A stretch of DNA of 64,000 bases from Eledone cirrhosa (GCA_964016885.1 OZ024748.1:24986001-25050000); one strand, 5' to 3'. Shown: positions 36,406 to 51,794, counted from the stretch's first letter. A program made the numbers and translations. The notes: generated by a model from the letters alone, not told the origin.

Positions 36406-36731
36406 GATATTAAACAAATGGAAACTACATTTATAAAACCATATTTATTTCATTATATATATTTCAGGGATATCATATTAAAAATATGGTATGCCCTCTT
36501 CAGACAAAATACAATATATAAACAGTTTTATAAATAAATTTGACATACCTTAAAACTTTACAACTTCCATTTAAAAAGTTGTTATGGTAGTCAAATTTAT
36601 TTATAAAACTGTTTATATATTGTATTTTGTCTGAAGAGGGCATACCATATTTTTAATATGATATCCCTGAAATATATATAATGAAATAAATATGGTTTTA
36701 TAAATGTAGTTTCCATTTGTTTAATATCGTA
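36403..36731. mobile_element. Long inverted repeat (~142-bp arms), pLTR-like family C
   Basis: 36403-36544 is the reverse complement of 36590-36731; related to 59790-59935 and 60323-60750. Confidence 0.85.
36624..36687 (+). ncRNA. Type I hammerhead motif, family C
   Basis: ATTTTGT-CTGAAGA-long stem II (GGG.ATA.CATATT/AATATG.TATCCC)-GAAA-TATATAT-A-ATGAAAT. Confidence 0.65.
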
Positions 36732-36815
36732 AAATACTCCAAAACTTGTTGAGTGCTTTTATATCAGTTATAAAATATTTACTCGTTGTAACCCAACAAT
36801 TTTAAATAAAACTTT

Positions 36816-36866
<51 letters not shown>

Positions 36867-37153
36867 TATGGAATACTGTTAGCTTCTCGCTACAACAATT
36901 TCTATACCTTTCATTTTTATATATATATATATATATTGTATTATAATTAATCCTTTGCTTCAAATGAATTTGTTAAGCAAATTGTAAACAACGAGATCGA
37001 AATCACTGGATATCTATCTAAACCATATTTAACTTCCGTGACTTTGCAGCATGAAATATCTATTTAGCCCCCGCCCTCGCCCCACCCCCCATAATGTATG
37101 AAACCCACAATACCTGAAAAAAAAAAAAAAAATCTATCTTATTTCACATTCTT

Positions 37154-37189
37154 TCTTCTGATGAAGGACTAGCGTCCGAAACGTTAAGA
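37154..37189 (+). ncRNA. Minimal type I hammerhead ribozyme
   Basis: TCTT-CTGATGA-A-GGAC tagc GTCC-GAAA-CGT-T-AAGA: canonical core, palindromic ACGT stem III. Confidence 0.8.
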
Positions 37190-37273
37190 CCCACTTCCTG
37201 CTATTTAAAGGTTTAACCTAATATATTCCACATACTCTACCGGTAGTGTTGTTATTTCTGTTTACCTTTTACA

Positions 37274-37337
<64 letters not shown>

Positions 37338-37463
37338 TTAGTTAAGCAAAACACGACCACAAAATTCATAAACCTTTACGCTTTTGGCTTCTAACACCTT
37401 CACCAATCTCTCTTCTCCTCTCCTATTTCCATCTCTCTCTTTAAGATTGGTTTACTATCGAAC

Positions 37464-37564
<101 letters not shown>

Positions 37565-37675
37565 TATATATATATATATATAATTAAATATATATATATA
37601 TAAATAAATATATATATATATATATATATAATTAAATATATATATATATATATAATTAAATATATATATATATAA

Positions 37676-37828
<153 letters not shown>

Positions 37829-37868
37829 TATATATATATATGTGTGTGTGTTTCTTTGATTATTGTAG

Positions 37869-38062
37869 GTATCTACTTGTGTCTTGTCATGACTATGACC
37901 TCAGTATCAGTTATAATGGCTGTCATGGTCATCAATCTGTATAATCGAGGAATGAAAACTAGACGAGCTCCAAAATGGCTGAGGAAACTGATTTTGGAGT
38001 TTGCTTCTAGTCCTTTAAAAATGAAGCATGATATAGAACACCTTGCTAAAGTTATAACACTT
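37869..38062 (+). CDS. Receptor exon, 194 bp (M3 and start of the intracellular loop)
   Basis: ttgtag|GT ATC...CTT|gtaagt; [28 protein letters not shown]...PKWLRKLIL. Confidence 0.95.
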
Positions 38063-38084
38063 GTAAGTATAAATATTTCCTTAA

Positions 38085-38975
38085 TATGTGTATGTGTATA
38101 GTTATCACTGTACTGATGTGTATGTGTATAGTTATCACTGTACTGATATGTGTGTGTATAGTTATCACTGTACTGATGTGTATGTGTACAGTTATCACTG
38201 TACTGATGTGTATGTGTACAGTTATCACTGTACTGATGTGTATGTGTACAGTTATCACTGTACTGATGTGTATGTGTATAGTTATCACTGTACTGATGTG
38301 TATGTGTATAGTTATCACTGTACTGATGTGTATGTGTATAGTTACCACTGTACTGATGTGTATGTGTATAGTTATCACTGTACTGATGTGTATGTTAATA
38401 GTTATCATTGTACTGATGTGTATGTGTATAGTTATCACTGTACTGATGTGTATGTGTACAGTTATCACTGTACTGATGTGTATATATAGTTATCACTGTA
38501 CTGTTATATATATATAGTTATCACTGTACTGTTATATATATATAGTTATCACTGTACTGATATGTATATATAGTTATCACTGTACTGTTATATATATATA
38601 GTTATCACTGTACTGATATGTATATATAGTTATCACTGTACTGATATATATAGTTATCACTGTACTGATATATTTGTATATAGTTATCACTGTACTGATA
38701 TGTATATGTATATAGTTATCACTGTACTGTTATATATATATAGTTATCACTGTACTGATATGTATATATAGTTATCACTGTACTGATATATATATAGTTA
38801 TCACTGTACTGATATATTTGTATATAGTTATCACTGTACTGATATAGATATGTATATAGTTATCACTGTACTGATATGTATATATAGTTATCACTGTACT
38901 GATATAGATACATATATATATAGTTATCACTGTACTGATATGTATATATAGTTATCATTGTACTGATAGAGATGT
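38085..38975. repeat. ~30-bp minisatellite filling most of the last intron
   Basis: Unit GTTATCACTGTACTGATGTGTATGTGTATA. Confidence 0.95.
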
Positions 38976-39287
38976 AAATAGTTCTGTTGTCATTCTTTAA
39001 ATTTTTCCATTAATAAAAAAGAATGTCCGCCTCCATAGACGAAGATTTCCTCCACATTAATTAAGATGTTAGGTTCTTTAACTTAACAAATATTATTTCG
39101 TTTCAAGTTTAGAGATCAGCAGATCTGTATAGTTTTAGAACCACCAGAGGTTGGAAAATATAAGAATTAATCTCTTTTGTATTTCACTGTTTAAAATAGC
39201 AAAGAAAATATAAATATATTTAAAGTAATGTAAGGCTTTAACTAATGCTATATTTTTTGTTTGTTTATTTTTTATTTTATTTTACAG

Positions 39288-39881
39288 ACCGAAGAAAAAG
39301 AAGGTCTTTATACGTGCACAAAACACGGAAAAGATAAAAAGCAAAATGGTACAATCGGTTCGATTGCTGCTCAACGAGAAAAACACCCACGATCTCTGTA
39401 TGACGTGGGACGTGTACGTCATAGACGTTATACGAAAAGCGACATTGATACCACAGAGCCATTAGAGCTCCAAAATGAGGATGAAGGTACGTGGCTACGG
39501 GAGGAAGAAATAATTCCAGAAAACACACCACCTCAACCGGAAGTCTCAAACAAGTCTCCCGAATGCGAAAACAATAACCATTTCCCGCGCCAGCTCTCAG
39601 TCAAAACAGAAAACGAGAAAAATATCGATTTTGAATGCAAACAAAACGATGAAAAATGGCCGTGTGCCGTATATCAGGCCCTACTTTCACGGAAGATTGT
39701 CGTGGCTGAGTGGCAGCGGATAGCATGTGTTATTGATCGATTTCTGTTCTGGATTTATTTCATATCCACCATTGTTGCTTACATAGTGATTCTTGTTATT
39801 ATACCTGGTCAGCGACAAGATGCACGCGAAGAAGCTAGCCGAGCGCGTGGAAGCTCTATATTTAACGCATCTCTTACATAA
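39288..39881 (+). CDS. Receptor last coding exon (intracellular loop, MA helix, M4, stop)
   Basis: tttacag|ACC; AEWQRIACVIDRFLFWIYF (EW..A.V.DR motif); TAA at 39879-39881; the six exons join in frame (~544 codons). Confidence 0.95.
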   Translation, partial: TEEKEGLYTCTKHGKDKKQNGTIGSIAAQREKHPRSLYDVGRVRHRRYTKSDIDTTEPLELQNEDEGTWLREEEIIPENTPPQPEVSNKSPECENNNHFPRQLSVKTENEKNIDFECKQNDEKWPCAVYQALLSRKIVVAEWQRIACVIDRFLFWIYFISTIVAYIVILVIIPGQRQDAREEASRARGSSIFNASLT

Positions 39882-40273
39882 GAGATATCAGAAATAACTG
39901 ATTAAAGGTTCGGCTCAAAAAATTCCAGAATGCCACAACGACATGAAATCATTTCCATACATATCTCTATCAAAAACATATGATCCCTGTGAATATAAAA
40001 TATAAAATGTAAACATATATCAGAGCCTCAGACGTAGCTGAATATATTAATAACACAAAACATTCATACAAAATATGTGATATGCTCTCAAATTGTATTA
40101 CGTGAATAAGATCTACACATACGTACACACACATATATATATGACTAAAATAAATAAAGATGTCACGTCAGAGAAAATGACGCCATGTCACCTACAATGG
40201 AAGCTAAAGGGTGTTTGATATATTTCTATATATCATTCCCTCTTGAATGTATATATATATATATATGTTTATA

Positions 40274-40325
<52 letters not shown>

Positions 40326-40414
40326 AATCTTGTTTTATGATCCTGTGAGTACACAGGTGAAACTTCAGAGTAACCATACTCATCGCTTAGACATAATGAA
40401 GAATATTACGCACG

Positions 40415-40445
<31 letters not shown>

Positions 40446-40450
40446 CATTT

Positions 40451-40534
<84 letters not shown>

Positions 40535-40560
40535 GCATACATATGTATATAACCATACAC

Positions 40561-40607
<47 letters not shown>

Positions 40608-40608
<1 letters not shown>

Positions 40609-40782
40609 CTCGGGTTCAATCTGGGGTAACCACAGTAAGTAAGGTACTCAATACATAGCAGAGTATAAATATTTAATATAGAAATGGCTTCTACAGGACT
40701 AGAACTGTTTCATTCGAAGGAAATCATCAGGAAAGCCCTGATAGTTTCCTTCGAATGAAACAAATCTAATCCTGTAGAAACC

Positions 40783-40790
<8 letters not shown>
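40608..40790 (-). mobile_element. Family A palindromic mini-element with intact hammerhead core (40686-40737, minus)
   Basis: GGCTTTC-CTGATGA-TTTC cttc GAAT-GAAA-CAG ttctagtc CTG-TA-GAAGCC; flanked by (TA)n. Confidence 0.78.
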
Positions 40791-40847
<57 letters not shown>

Positions 40848-40850
<3 letters not shown>

Positions 40851-41037
40851 CGAAGGAATTGTGGTAAGGAACCAGATGGACCATAACGCACCAAAGTACT
40901 CAATACTTAGGGTAGGTAGTAGAGTGGGTAATAGGAACAAGTGTGACCCCGACGGCAGAGCTCAAGCCCTTTCGACGGCTATTTCCCGAAATAGCCGTCG
41001 AAACGGCTTGAGCTCTGCCGTCGGGGTCATACTTGTT

Positions 41038-41040
<3 letters not shown>
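40848..41040 (-). mobile_element. Family B palindromic mini-element
   Basis: Palindrome 40933-41040 centred on GACGGCT atttcccgaaat AGCCGTC. Confidence 0.8.
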
Positions 41041-41103
<63 letters not shown>

Positions 41104-41310
41104 ACATATATATATAATTAAATTCCCTTGACATCCAAATATAGTTGGTAATATATTAAATAACGATTAAATAACTAATGAGAGAGGGGATCCGTTGACA
41201 AGGTTAATATAAACCAGATAAGCAACTGTAACAGACTCCGTCTCCTTATGTAGCCGTCGGCTGTGAACGGCATTATAACCCCTCCCTAATACAGAATATA
41301 TATATATATA

Positions 41311-41389
41311 CAGGGTGTCCCCCAAAAATGTATACACAAGTTTATTAGAATGCTGTCGAAATATGTATACATTTATTTGGGACACCATG
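41311..41389. mobile_element. ~80-bp Tc1/mariner-type MITE
   Basis: TA-CAGGGTGTCCCCCAAAAATGTATAC...GTATACATTTATTTGGGACACCATG-TA. Confidence 0.65.
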
Positions 41390-41523
41390 TATATGTATAT
41401 ATGTATATATGTATATATGTATATATTGGTGACAATGTAAACAAACATATAGTTAGGTAAAGTAAAATTATACATTAGATAATAAGAGTGCAATATATAT
41501 ATACAGTAACTGAACGTTACATT

Positions 41524-41611
<88 letters not shown>

Positions 41612-41619
41612 TTATATAT

Positions 41620-41814
41620 ATGGGAACGAGTAGGACCCCGACGGCTGAGCTCAAGCCGTTTCGACGGCTAATTCTGGACAGAATTAGCCGTCGAAACGGC
41701 TTGAGCTCAGCCGTCGGGGTCCTACTCGTTCCCATTACCCACTCTACTACCCTAAGTATTGAGTACTTTGGTGCGTTATGGTCCACCTGGTTCCTTACCA
41801 CATTTCCTTCGTTA
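41620..41814 (+). mobile_element. Family B palindromic mini-element
   Basis: Palindrome 41620-41735 plus family tail. Confidence 0.8.
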
Positions 41815-41881
41815 TATTTATATATATATACTTATATATATATATATTATATATATATATGTGCGTGTGTGTGTGTATATA

Positions 41882-41917
<36 letters not shown>

Positions 41918-41918
41918 C

Positions 41919-42107
41919 GTTATTCCGGGTTGAATCGGAGGTAACCACAGTAAGTAAGGTACTCAATACATAGCAGAGTATAACAGTTTTAATATAGATG
42001 AGATTCTACAGGACTAGAACTGTTTCATTCATTAGAAATCATCAGGAATCCTGATGATTTCTAATGAATGAAACAGTTCTAGTCCTGTAGAATCTCATCT
42101 ATATTAA

Positions 42108-42112
<5 letters not shown>
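41919..42112 (-). mobile_element. Family A palindromic mini-element; hammerhead 42002-42050 (minus)
   Basis: GATTC-CTGATGA-TTTC taat GAAT-GAAA-CAG..CTG-TA-GAATC; palindrome centred at ~42048. Confidence 0.78.
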
Positions 42113-42144
<32 letters not shown>

Positions 42145-42677
42145 CATACATATAAAGTCATATCAGCTATCATAACAGTATAAAAGCATATGTGCTAATG
42201 TTTATCACACATGTTTTATACGAATTTTTGCAACATAGAAGTTTAACATAGGATCTAAGTATTTGATATCTTTGAGTAACGCAAGATTATACGGTAATTT
42301 ATCATCTGTAATCACACATATACACCTACATGCACACCATATATATTTATATACACACACTCATATATGTATGTATGTATATATATATATATATATGCAC
42401 TTATATATGAACTTATATATATATATGTGTGTGTGTGCGCGCATGTGTAGGTATATATATATATATATATATATATGATATACATATCAATAAGAAGTTG
42501 ACGGGTCTAGCATCAAGTTTCCCTGCTTATACCGCCAGCGTCTCAGCGAACTCAATAGGTAAGATTATGTAAAGGAATCCTAGAGTAGACATAAAGTTAT
42601 TTGCCTCAATACAACAATATATACAACATAAACATATGTATATATATATATATTTACTTATTAAAATAGCAGATTAA

Positions 42678-42863
<186 letters not shown>

Positions 42864-42864
42864 A

Positions 42865-42929
<65 letters not shown>

Positions 42930-42941
42930 GATATACACACA

Positions 42942-42977
<36 letters not shown>

Positions 42978-44248
42978 TGTATGTATGTATGTATAGACTT
43001 CATACGGAGGAACAATTTCTTTGTTTCGCGAACAACTTTTGCCAATGTTAACACAGAGAATGTCAACAGACGTCTGGTGAGTGTATGTTACACACCTAAT
43101 TGGTATTTCATTACATGTTTCACATCCTCATCCTCATTAGCATCCGCTACAACACCACCACCACCACCATCATCATCCCCCTCCGCCACCACCATCAGCA
43201 CCGTTAGCACCACCATCATCATCAAACACCGCCACCATCATTACCCCCACCACCACCACCACCACCACCGCCGCCACAATCATCACCACCATCACCGCCA
43301 TGATCATCACCACCACCGCCACCACTATCATCACCACCATCACCACGGCCATCATCACCTCCACCATCACCACCGTCATCATCATCCTCCTCATTGCTGT
43401 TTTGTTGTTGCTGTTCCAGTCTTTATTGAATGTCTAGTCGACCTTTAATACAAGCAACAATTAAAACCAGACGACATTGGTAAAATGAGATGATAATCAT
43501 GTCTTTCCTTTGCCAAATCATTTGTATGTGATGTGCGTCTTAAAGATAATTTCATTCTCTCTTTCTTTGCCCCCCTCACTCTTTCTCCTACCCCTCTATA
43601 TATATATAAATAATATATATATATCTATCTATATATATATATATATAAATAATATATAGGAAAAAGTATGACTCCCGACGGCAGAGCTCATGTCGTTTCG
43701 ACGGCTGTATCTTGAGTACTCTGGTGCGTTATGGTCCATCTGGTTCCTTACCACAACTCCTTCGTTAAATAATATATATATATACGATAAAGTATGTCCA
43801 TAGAATCATTTGATAAAATATATACATTATTTCCTCTTCCAATCAGAATAATCAACCACACAAAAAAAAACAATTAAACAGGGCTATAAGGTTAAAAGGC
43901 ACCTATGAAGAAACAATAGATAAATAAACGATAGCTATCTATCCGCGATCAACACCCATAGAATATTTACCAGCATTTCTAATAGCACGTGGAAATCGAT
44001 TAGATATATCGTCAACCATACACAATTAGGTACAAAATCAAAGTTATATATAAATTATATATATATATATATTATTATATTATATTATATTATATATATT
44101 ATATATATATATAAATTATATTATATTATATAATTTATATCCCGAGGTTAACTTTGCCTTTCATCCTTACGGGGTCGATAAAATAAAATACCAGTAATAC
44201 ACTGGAATAATTGCTGGCCTTGTGCCAAAGTAGAAACAATTATATTAT

Positions 44249-44292
<44 letters not shown>

Positions 44293-45003
44293 TAATAAAA
44301 ATAATGAATAAAAACAAAGAAATAGTTCCTTATATTAAAAAATTCATCATTTTACGATCGTTTCTAGGATATATCGTTTCTAGGATATATACATATGCGC
44401 ACACACACATATATATAATATAGTTATGATATATTATATTATATTTATTATATACATTATATATATCATATATATGATATATATATTTATAATATATTCT
44501 CTTCTTCTTCATTTCATGGAATGTTCTATTCTTTTCACGTCTAGAATGGGACACACCACCACCACCATCACCACCACCACCACGACCATCACCACCACCA
44601 CCACCACCACCACCACTATTTATTTAGTTATTTATTTATTTGTTGCTTTTCGCATGTGGTTTTTCTAGCACATTCTGTTGAAATAATTTTCCATGGTAAA
44701 GCAGACCTTGGTGTAGCTGTTTTGTTCTTGTCTAATGTCAAATTTCATCTTTCTGTTTCCCCAAATTATAATTCCATTATTCACTTCTGATATCTAAAAT
44801 CACTGTATAATATAAACTAAGCTCATACTATACAGGTGTTGGCTATTGGTATAGGAATGAGACACAATAAGAATGTTATAAACAGCAGAAGCAGATTTAG
44901 AGTTGTTCTTGGTAACGTTTGAAGCAGCATGTTACTCGACGGCTCAGTATTGTGTCTTTTGTGACCAAACTTTTGTTTCTCTACGATGCGCTTAAATAAA
45001 TGA

Positions 45004-45281
45004 ATGTAGTGGCTATACTTTTCCAAATGTAGTGGGGATACTTTTCCAAATGTAGTGGGGATACTTTTCCAAATGTAGTGGCTATACTTTTCCAAATGTT
45101 GTGGGGATACTTTTCCAAATGTAGTGGGGATACTTTTCCAAATGTTGTGGGGATACTTTTCCAAATGTAGTGGCTATACTTTTCCAAATGTTGTGGGGAT
45201 ACTTTTCCAAATGTAGTGGCTATACTTTTCCAAATGTAGTGGCTATACTTTTCCAAATGTTGTGGGGATACTTTTCCAAAT
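45004..45281. repeat. 23-bp minisatellite, ~12 copies
   Basis: Unit TGTWGTGG(GG/CT)ATACTTTTCCAAA. Confidence 0.95.
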
Positions 45282-46779
45282 TTAATGGACGGACTGGCCC
45301 AAAGATTGTAAGAATACTATCACAAATGTGCTGAATATATTCTAAGACAAGCGTGTTTGTATTGTGTAGAGAGGTACAAACGGTCCAGAACATAATTAAC
45401 ATACCAGTAACCGTTCAATTCAAATTATTAATGTCACCTCCTGATGTCGATTATTTAATAGTCATATAAAGCGCCGAATTGGCAGAATTGTTAGGATGTC
45501 AGATAGAATGCTTTGTGGTATTCGTTCCAGCTCTCTGCTCTCTGAGTTCAAATCCCACCAAGGTCAAATTTGCCTTTCATCCATTCGAGGTCGATAAAAA
45601 ATGTATAAATGTAAAAAATCTTTCTCACTTCCTTTCCTTCACTCTCTCTCCTTCGCTGGAAGAAATTTGCTGTATTCAGACCTGGAGAGAAGTTGGTTTC
45701 CGCCAGGTTTAAAAAACCGTAAAAATGTCAACATGGCACCACTAAACTCCCTCATGAATTGCAGGTCCATACCATAAAGGTCTCTTTGTGTGAAAGTAAT
45801 TATAATAGGAGATTAAGATTAAGATATGACTTAGTCTTAGTTTAAGATATGACTGATCGTATTCACGAGAAGTAGTTTAACTCTAAATAGTTCCTTCACC
45901 TCATCAATATACGAAACAGAAGAAACACAGTATCATTTTAACCTCTCCAATATCTCATGTTGAATGGACAAAATGTTATCTTGTGTTGTTTCTGTGACAC
46001 ATTCTACTACAACCATTTGAAATTAGTGTACTTTCAGTCTAGTATGGTGATGATAATGACGATAATGATGATGGAGATTATCACCAACCAACACCATCAA
46101 CTCAACACCCATCATCTTCTTCTTCTTCCTCTTCCATATCCTGTATCCATCATCTTCTTTTTCATTCTGTCGTTCTTCCTCTTCATCATCATCATCCTCA
46201 TCATCAACATCAGCATCTTCATCATCCTCATGATACTACTGTTGTTATTTTATTGTTTGGGGCTATTGAGAAATATATTACATAACATTTCAGAGATAAA
46301 GAAAAAAAAAACATTAGATAAAGTTTCAAATTTTAATATTTTAAAAGATAGTTTATTCTAAAATACAACGTAATAAATGCTAATGTCTTGCCACGAGATA
46401 GCAATTACAAAAAGGGAGCATCATCAGATAAGATTATAGAAAATGAATATTGTGAGATAAAAGGATTATTGTGAGGTAGAAGATAATAGGGAGATGAAAT
46501 GTTACCGAATTGTTTTGAGATGCTCTGATTTATTAAAAGAAAGAAAATTAATTCAAGTAATTCATAGAGCAAACATTAACGAAATGAAATCGAAATAATA
46601 CGTATGATGTATTATTTGATATCTTTAAATGTTATTTATTGAAATATATTTTGATAACTAATGCACACAAGCAATGATTATTTCTTTCAAGTGAATTATA
46701 TAGTTTGTAATGTAAACCAAATAATAATAATAACAATAATAAAAACATCAATGATTGAGACTCCAATAAAATAAAATAA

Positions 46780-46812
46780 TAATGATGATGATGATGATGA
46801 TGATGTTGGTGG

Positions 46813-46889
<77 letters not shown>

Positions 46890-47360
46890 GTGGTGGTGAT
46901 GATGTAAAAAAGAAGACTCAATCGGTCAGCCAATCGATTCTGCGCATGTTTGTACATCGAACCACAGTTCTTCTCCAGTATTCTGGATCAGTTGAGTGTC
47001 CATCTCTGTTTCCACGTGTCCCGTGACGACAACCTTCAGGTTCTTCCTGAAAAGTTGGCCTCAGTATGGACCATTACCTTCCCTATTTCCCCCTTCCTTC
47101 TCTTAGTGTTCATATCTATAATATTTGGTGTATATCGATGATTTGGTTACTGCAGGATGTGACCAGCCAGTCACAATCTTCAACCCGATTTCCTGTCCTG
47201 GAGCTTTCGGGATGATTCTCTGTTAAATATTTACTTAAAACTACTTCGTTTCTGATATGGTTATGGTATGAACTCCAAAGGATTTTCCCCAAGTAACGTT
47301 GTGAAAGGTATTCAACGTTTTGGTGATTATTACAATGTTCTTCCACGTTCCGATTGTACA
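46780..47360 (-). mobile_element. Decayed RTE-clade LINE 3' end with expanded (CAT)n tail
   Basis: Minus-strand peptides QRYLGKILWSSYHNHIRNEVVL, RL*LAGH, WRRTV; (GAT)n at 46780-46905. Confidence 0.6.
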
Positions 47361-48296
47361 GGTAGATCTTATACGTTGTTATAGTACTACCAGTAGTATA
47401 GTGGTGTTGTACAGGTAGATCTTATACGTTGTTATAATACTATTGGTAGTATGGTAGTATTGTTCAGGTAGATCTTATACGTTGCTGTTATAATACTATT
47501 GGTAGTACGGTAGTGTTATACAGGTAGATCTTATACGTTGCTGTTATTAAAAGTAATAAAGATACTCGTGTGTTTTAGTTGAAACTTCAACTCAGTTAAA
47601 ATGTCTTCGTTTTTAGAATATAAAACAATGTACAGTGTATCAATGTAAACGTAGGTTTTATTATTTCCGCCAAGCTAAACATACTATTTTCTCATCAATA
47701 TATATTTACAAATATCCTAAAGTCAAATGTAGAATGTCTTGATTGACAAAGTATCGATAGATAAAGATAGAGAATGCTGAATATAGAACTAGTTGAACAT
47801 TTTTATGTACTGATCTAGCAAACAGAAATACAAGTAAAAACAAAAAAATTACAGTCACCCCTACCCCCACCCCTTCACCTTTCCGATGTTGTTTACGGAA
47901 GTTTTGTGTTGCAAACATTAAGAAAGAGAAACGGCTGATTTGTATTAATGATATCTTCTGAAATACTTAAAGAATCAAATAATTAGCAAGTTTATAGTTA
48001 TATAATATTACTTGAAGGTTTGGGATGAACTATTTTTTAATGATCTCCAGGTATAATTACCGTATTTCATAGACTTATTGAAACCTTGCTTTATGTAAAT
48101 AGTGTTCACACGTTAACTCTTAACATCCTGTACAGCATGAAACTACATTAGCAAGATGGTCTTGAAAAGTAGAAGGCAGCACTATGACTGCGTCACATTG
48201 AGAATTAAAGTTTTCACTTTAGTTTAATATTGCAAATTTTCACAGCGATCTGTCCACAAGTAAAATTACTATAAACACTTTTTAATATTAATATAA

Positions 48297-48480
48297 AGAG
48301 TGGTATGCTCATGCACGGAGATGCTATAAAATAGCTTATAAAATAGGATGAAGACCCTTTGAGACGGAAAAAGAAGTTGCCTCGTGGCGGTCAATGACAA
48401 CTTCTTTTTCCATCTCTAAGAGTCTTCATCCTATTTTATAAGCTACTTTATAGCATCTCTGTGCATGAGCATACCATTCT
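48297..48480. repeat. Inverted repeat, ~83-bp arms
   Basis: TGGTATGCTCATGCAC...GAAGTTG / CAACTTC...GTGCATGAGCATACCA. Confidence 0.85.
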
Positions 48481-49160
48481 TTAAATTAACTTTATCCCCT
48501 CTGCGCTTCGTAAAAGTCTCAGAGATCGGCTACATATATACGATGTTTGTTTACATTTTAATATATTTTCTGCTAAAGGCAAACGTAAAATGTCAAACAG
48601 AAGTAAAACATTTAAAATGTTTTCAATCTAAAGAATCCACAGAATATATGTAATTAAACACGACAAAATCAAAAGTATTTACAATAACATTCAATGTATT
48701 TCCTTTCAAAAAACTAAACACCAAAAAAGTAATCTGTAAATCTAGATGGTTGAAATATTTAAAGTGACCTAAAGTCACGTCTGATTACATTTCAAATCAA
48801 TTCCTATTGAGATCCCCTTTATATTTTATACCTATGTAATCAATAAAATAATTTCTAGTAGAATTCATGATCGATGATATTGACTGTGACCCCCTAGAAA
48901 ATTGGCATTGTACCTGGTTAAATTTATATTAATCTTAAAATATAAAAGTAGTATAATGTTAAAAGTAATTTGCTAACTCAATTTTTCAAACACTATAACA
49001 TGAAAAATATAAACACAATAAAAAAAAATCAAGTAGAATATATTTATAGAGATTCTTTTTTATAAGCTGCATAGAGCTAGATATAGATTAATATCACATT
49101 TAATGCATAATCTTATATCCCTCTAGATGTTACTAGTTTGAAATCTTGTCTGTCTTAGGG

Positions 49161-49462
49161 TAGTGGTTTCCAAACTGTGCATCGCGACCCACTAGTGTGC
49201 CACCAGGTACAGCAAGGTACGCTACCAAATTAATAAATATATAAAAATATGACAAAAATATAAACTGAAATTCTAAATATAAAATCTTGATAATTATGCT
49301 TTTTTAAAATTCAAATAGAGAAGTACAAATTCAATAATTTCCTGTAGTTTAAATTATTTCCATATATAAGCTAAAATATATACGTTTTGACTTTAGGAAC
49401 ACAGTACATATTTCCATTTGCTCTAAAGTGTGTCGCGAGTAATTAAACTTTGGGAACCACAT
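49161..49462. mobile_element. hAT (Charlie-like) non-autonomous element
   Basis: Ends TAGTGGTTTCCAAACT / ACTTTGGGAACCAC. Confidence 0.55.
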
Positions 49463-49689
49463 TCTAAGAAGGTGTAAATACATTACAATAGCACAATATA
49501 TTTTAAATTACATACTTTAGCACATGCATGTAAGAGATATTCTTTCACTTGTAAATATGAACAGACTCGCCATTCAAAAACACAATAACAAAACTGGCTT
49601 CCTTCCAGATATTCAGCATAAATAATCTATGACATGCAAAAATTATTTTGTTTACTCAGATATATGTGTTATGTTCAGTAACAAATATT

Positions 49690-50215
49690 ATGGTCCCATT
49701 ATAGCCCTATTGCGGTGCTATCGTGGGTCTGTTATGGCTCTATTACGGCTCTCATATGGCTCTGTTATAGCCCTCTTCTGACCCTATTGCGGCTCTGTTA
49801 TAGCCCTCTTCTAACTCTATTATAGCCCTATTATGGCTCTAATTTGGCTGTCATATGACTCATTTACGGCTATTATAGCACTAATGTAGTCCTACTATAG
49901 CCATATTGTGGCTATATTATGGTCTTATTATAGTCCTACTGTGGCTCTATTGTGGATCTATTATGGCTCTATTACCGCTATCTTATGGCTCTGTTATAGC
50001 CCTATTCTAACCCTATTGCGGCCCTATTATGGACCTATTATAGCCCTCTTCTAACTCTATTATAGCCCTATTATAGTCCAGTTATGGCTCTAATTTAGCT
50101 GCCATGTGACTATTATGGCGCTATTACAGCCCTATTACTTCGGCTATATTATGGTCCTATTATAGTCCTATTATGGTCCGATTGCGGCACTATTATAACC
50201 CTGTTATGGCTCTAT
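49690..50215. repeat. Degenerate 11-bp repeat
   Basis: Unit approx CTATTATAGCC. Confidence 0.8.
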
Positions 50216-50336
50216 TGAATGTATTGAATCATGGAGACATTATTTCATTTGTGAGCATCTCTTACCCTTTCCACTACTCTCACTTATTTTTCTTTACACT
50301 CATACACACAGACACGTATATATACATGTACATATA

Positions 50337-50438
<102 letters not shown>

Positions 50439-50564
50439 TATACATAAATGTCTATATGTGTATATATATGTATATGTGTATGTGTGTGTGTGTGTGCGTA
50501 TATGTATGTATATATATATATATAAATATATATATATACATATATACATATATACATATATATA

Positions 50565-50600
<36 letters not shown>

Positions 50601-50641
50601 TATATACACACACATATACATATATACATATATATATACGA

Positions 50642-50727
<86 letters not shown>

Positions 50728-51048
50728 CCTAAAGCATCATCCTGCTTTTGAAACTAATGAAAAGGAAACTATGAAAAGGGAGCAAAAACAAAAGAAACAT
50801 TGTTGAATTTTACTTTGAATGAAAAGTTAAAAAAGTAAAAAACAACGAAGAAGAAAACGACGACGACGATGACAACGGCGACGACGACGCTAAAAAGGAA
50901 CGATTTTAACATATGGTGCATCCATTTGATGACAGGACGATGTTTATGAACCAGTATCAAAGCAGAAGATATAATTTCGTTAAGAGACGACAAATGAGAA
51001 GACAATCAAATATGTCCACTAAAGTTGTCCTATCTGTTTCACAATAGA

Positions 51049-51295
51049 ACAGATTCTACAGATTCTACAGATTCTACAGATTCTACAGATTCTACAGATT
51101 CTACAAATTCTACAGATTCTACAAATTCTACAGATTCTACAAATTCTACAAATTCTACAGATTCTACAGATTCTACAGATTCTACAAATTCTACAGATTC
51201 TACAGATTCTACAGATTCTACAAATTCTACAGATTCTACAAATTCTACAGATTCTACAGATTCTACAGATTCTACAGATTCTACAAATTCTACAG
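51049..51295. repeat. 9-bp tandem repeat, ~27 copies
   Basis: Unit ACARATTCT. Confidence 0.95.
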
Positions 51296-51473
51296 CGAAA
51301 ACACACAAAAAACATAATAAAAGAGAAAATAAAAAAAACAGCAACGTTTTCGTTGGAAATAATAATAAGTTTGTTTGTAATAAACAACACTTGCGCACTC
51401 GCAGACATAATTGCAAATACACACACACGCACACACACACGCACACACACACACACACACATGTTTAAGGATG

Positions 51474-51504
<31 letters not shown>

Positions 51505-51530
51505 ATATACATATATATGTGTGTGTGTGG

Positions 51531-51761
<231 letters not shown>

Positions 51762-51794
51762 GCATCAATGTGTATGTATATATATTATATAAGT

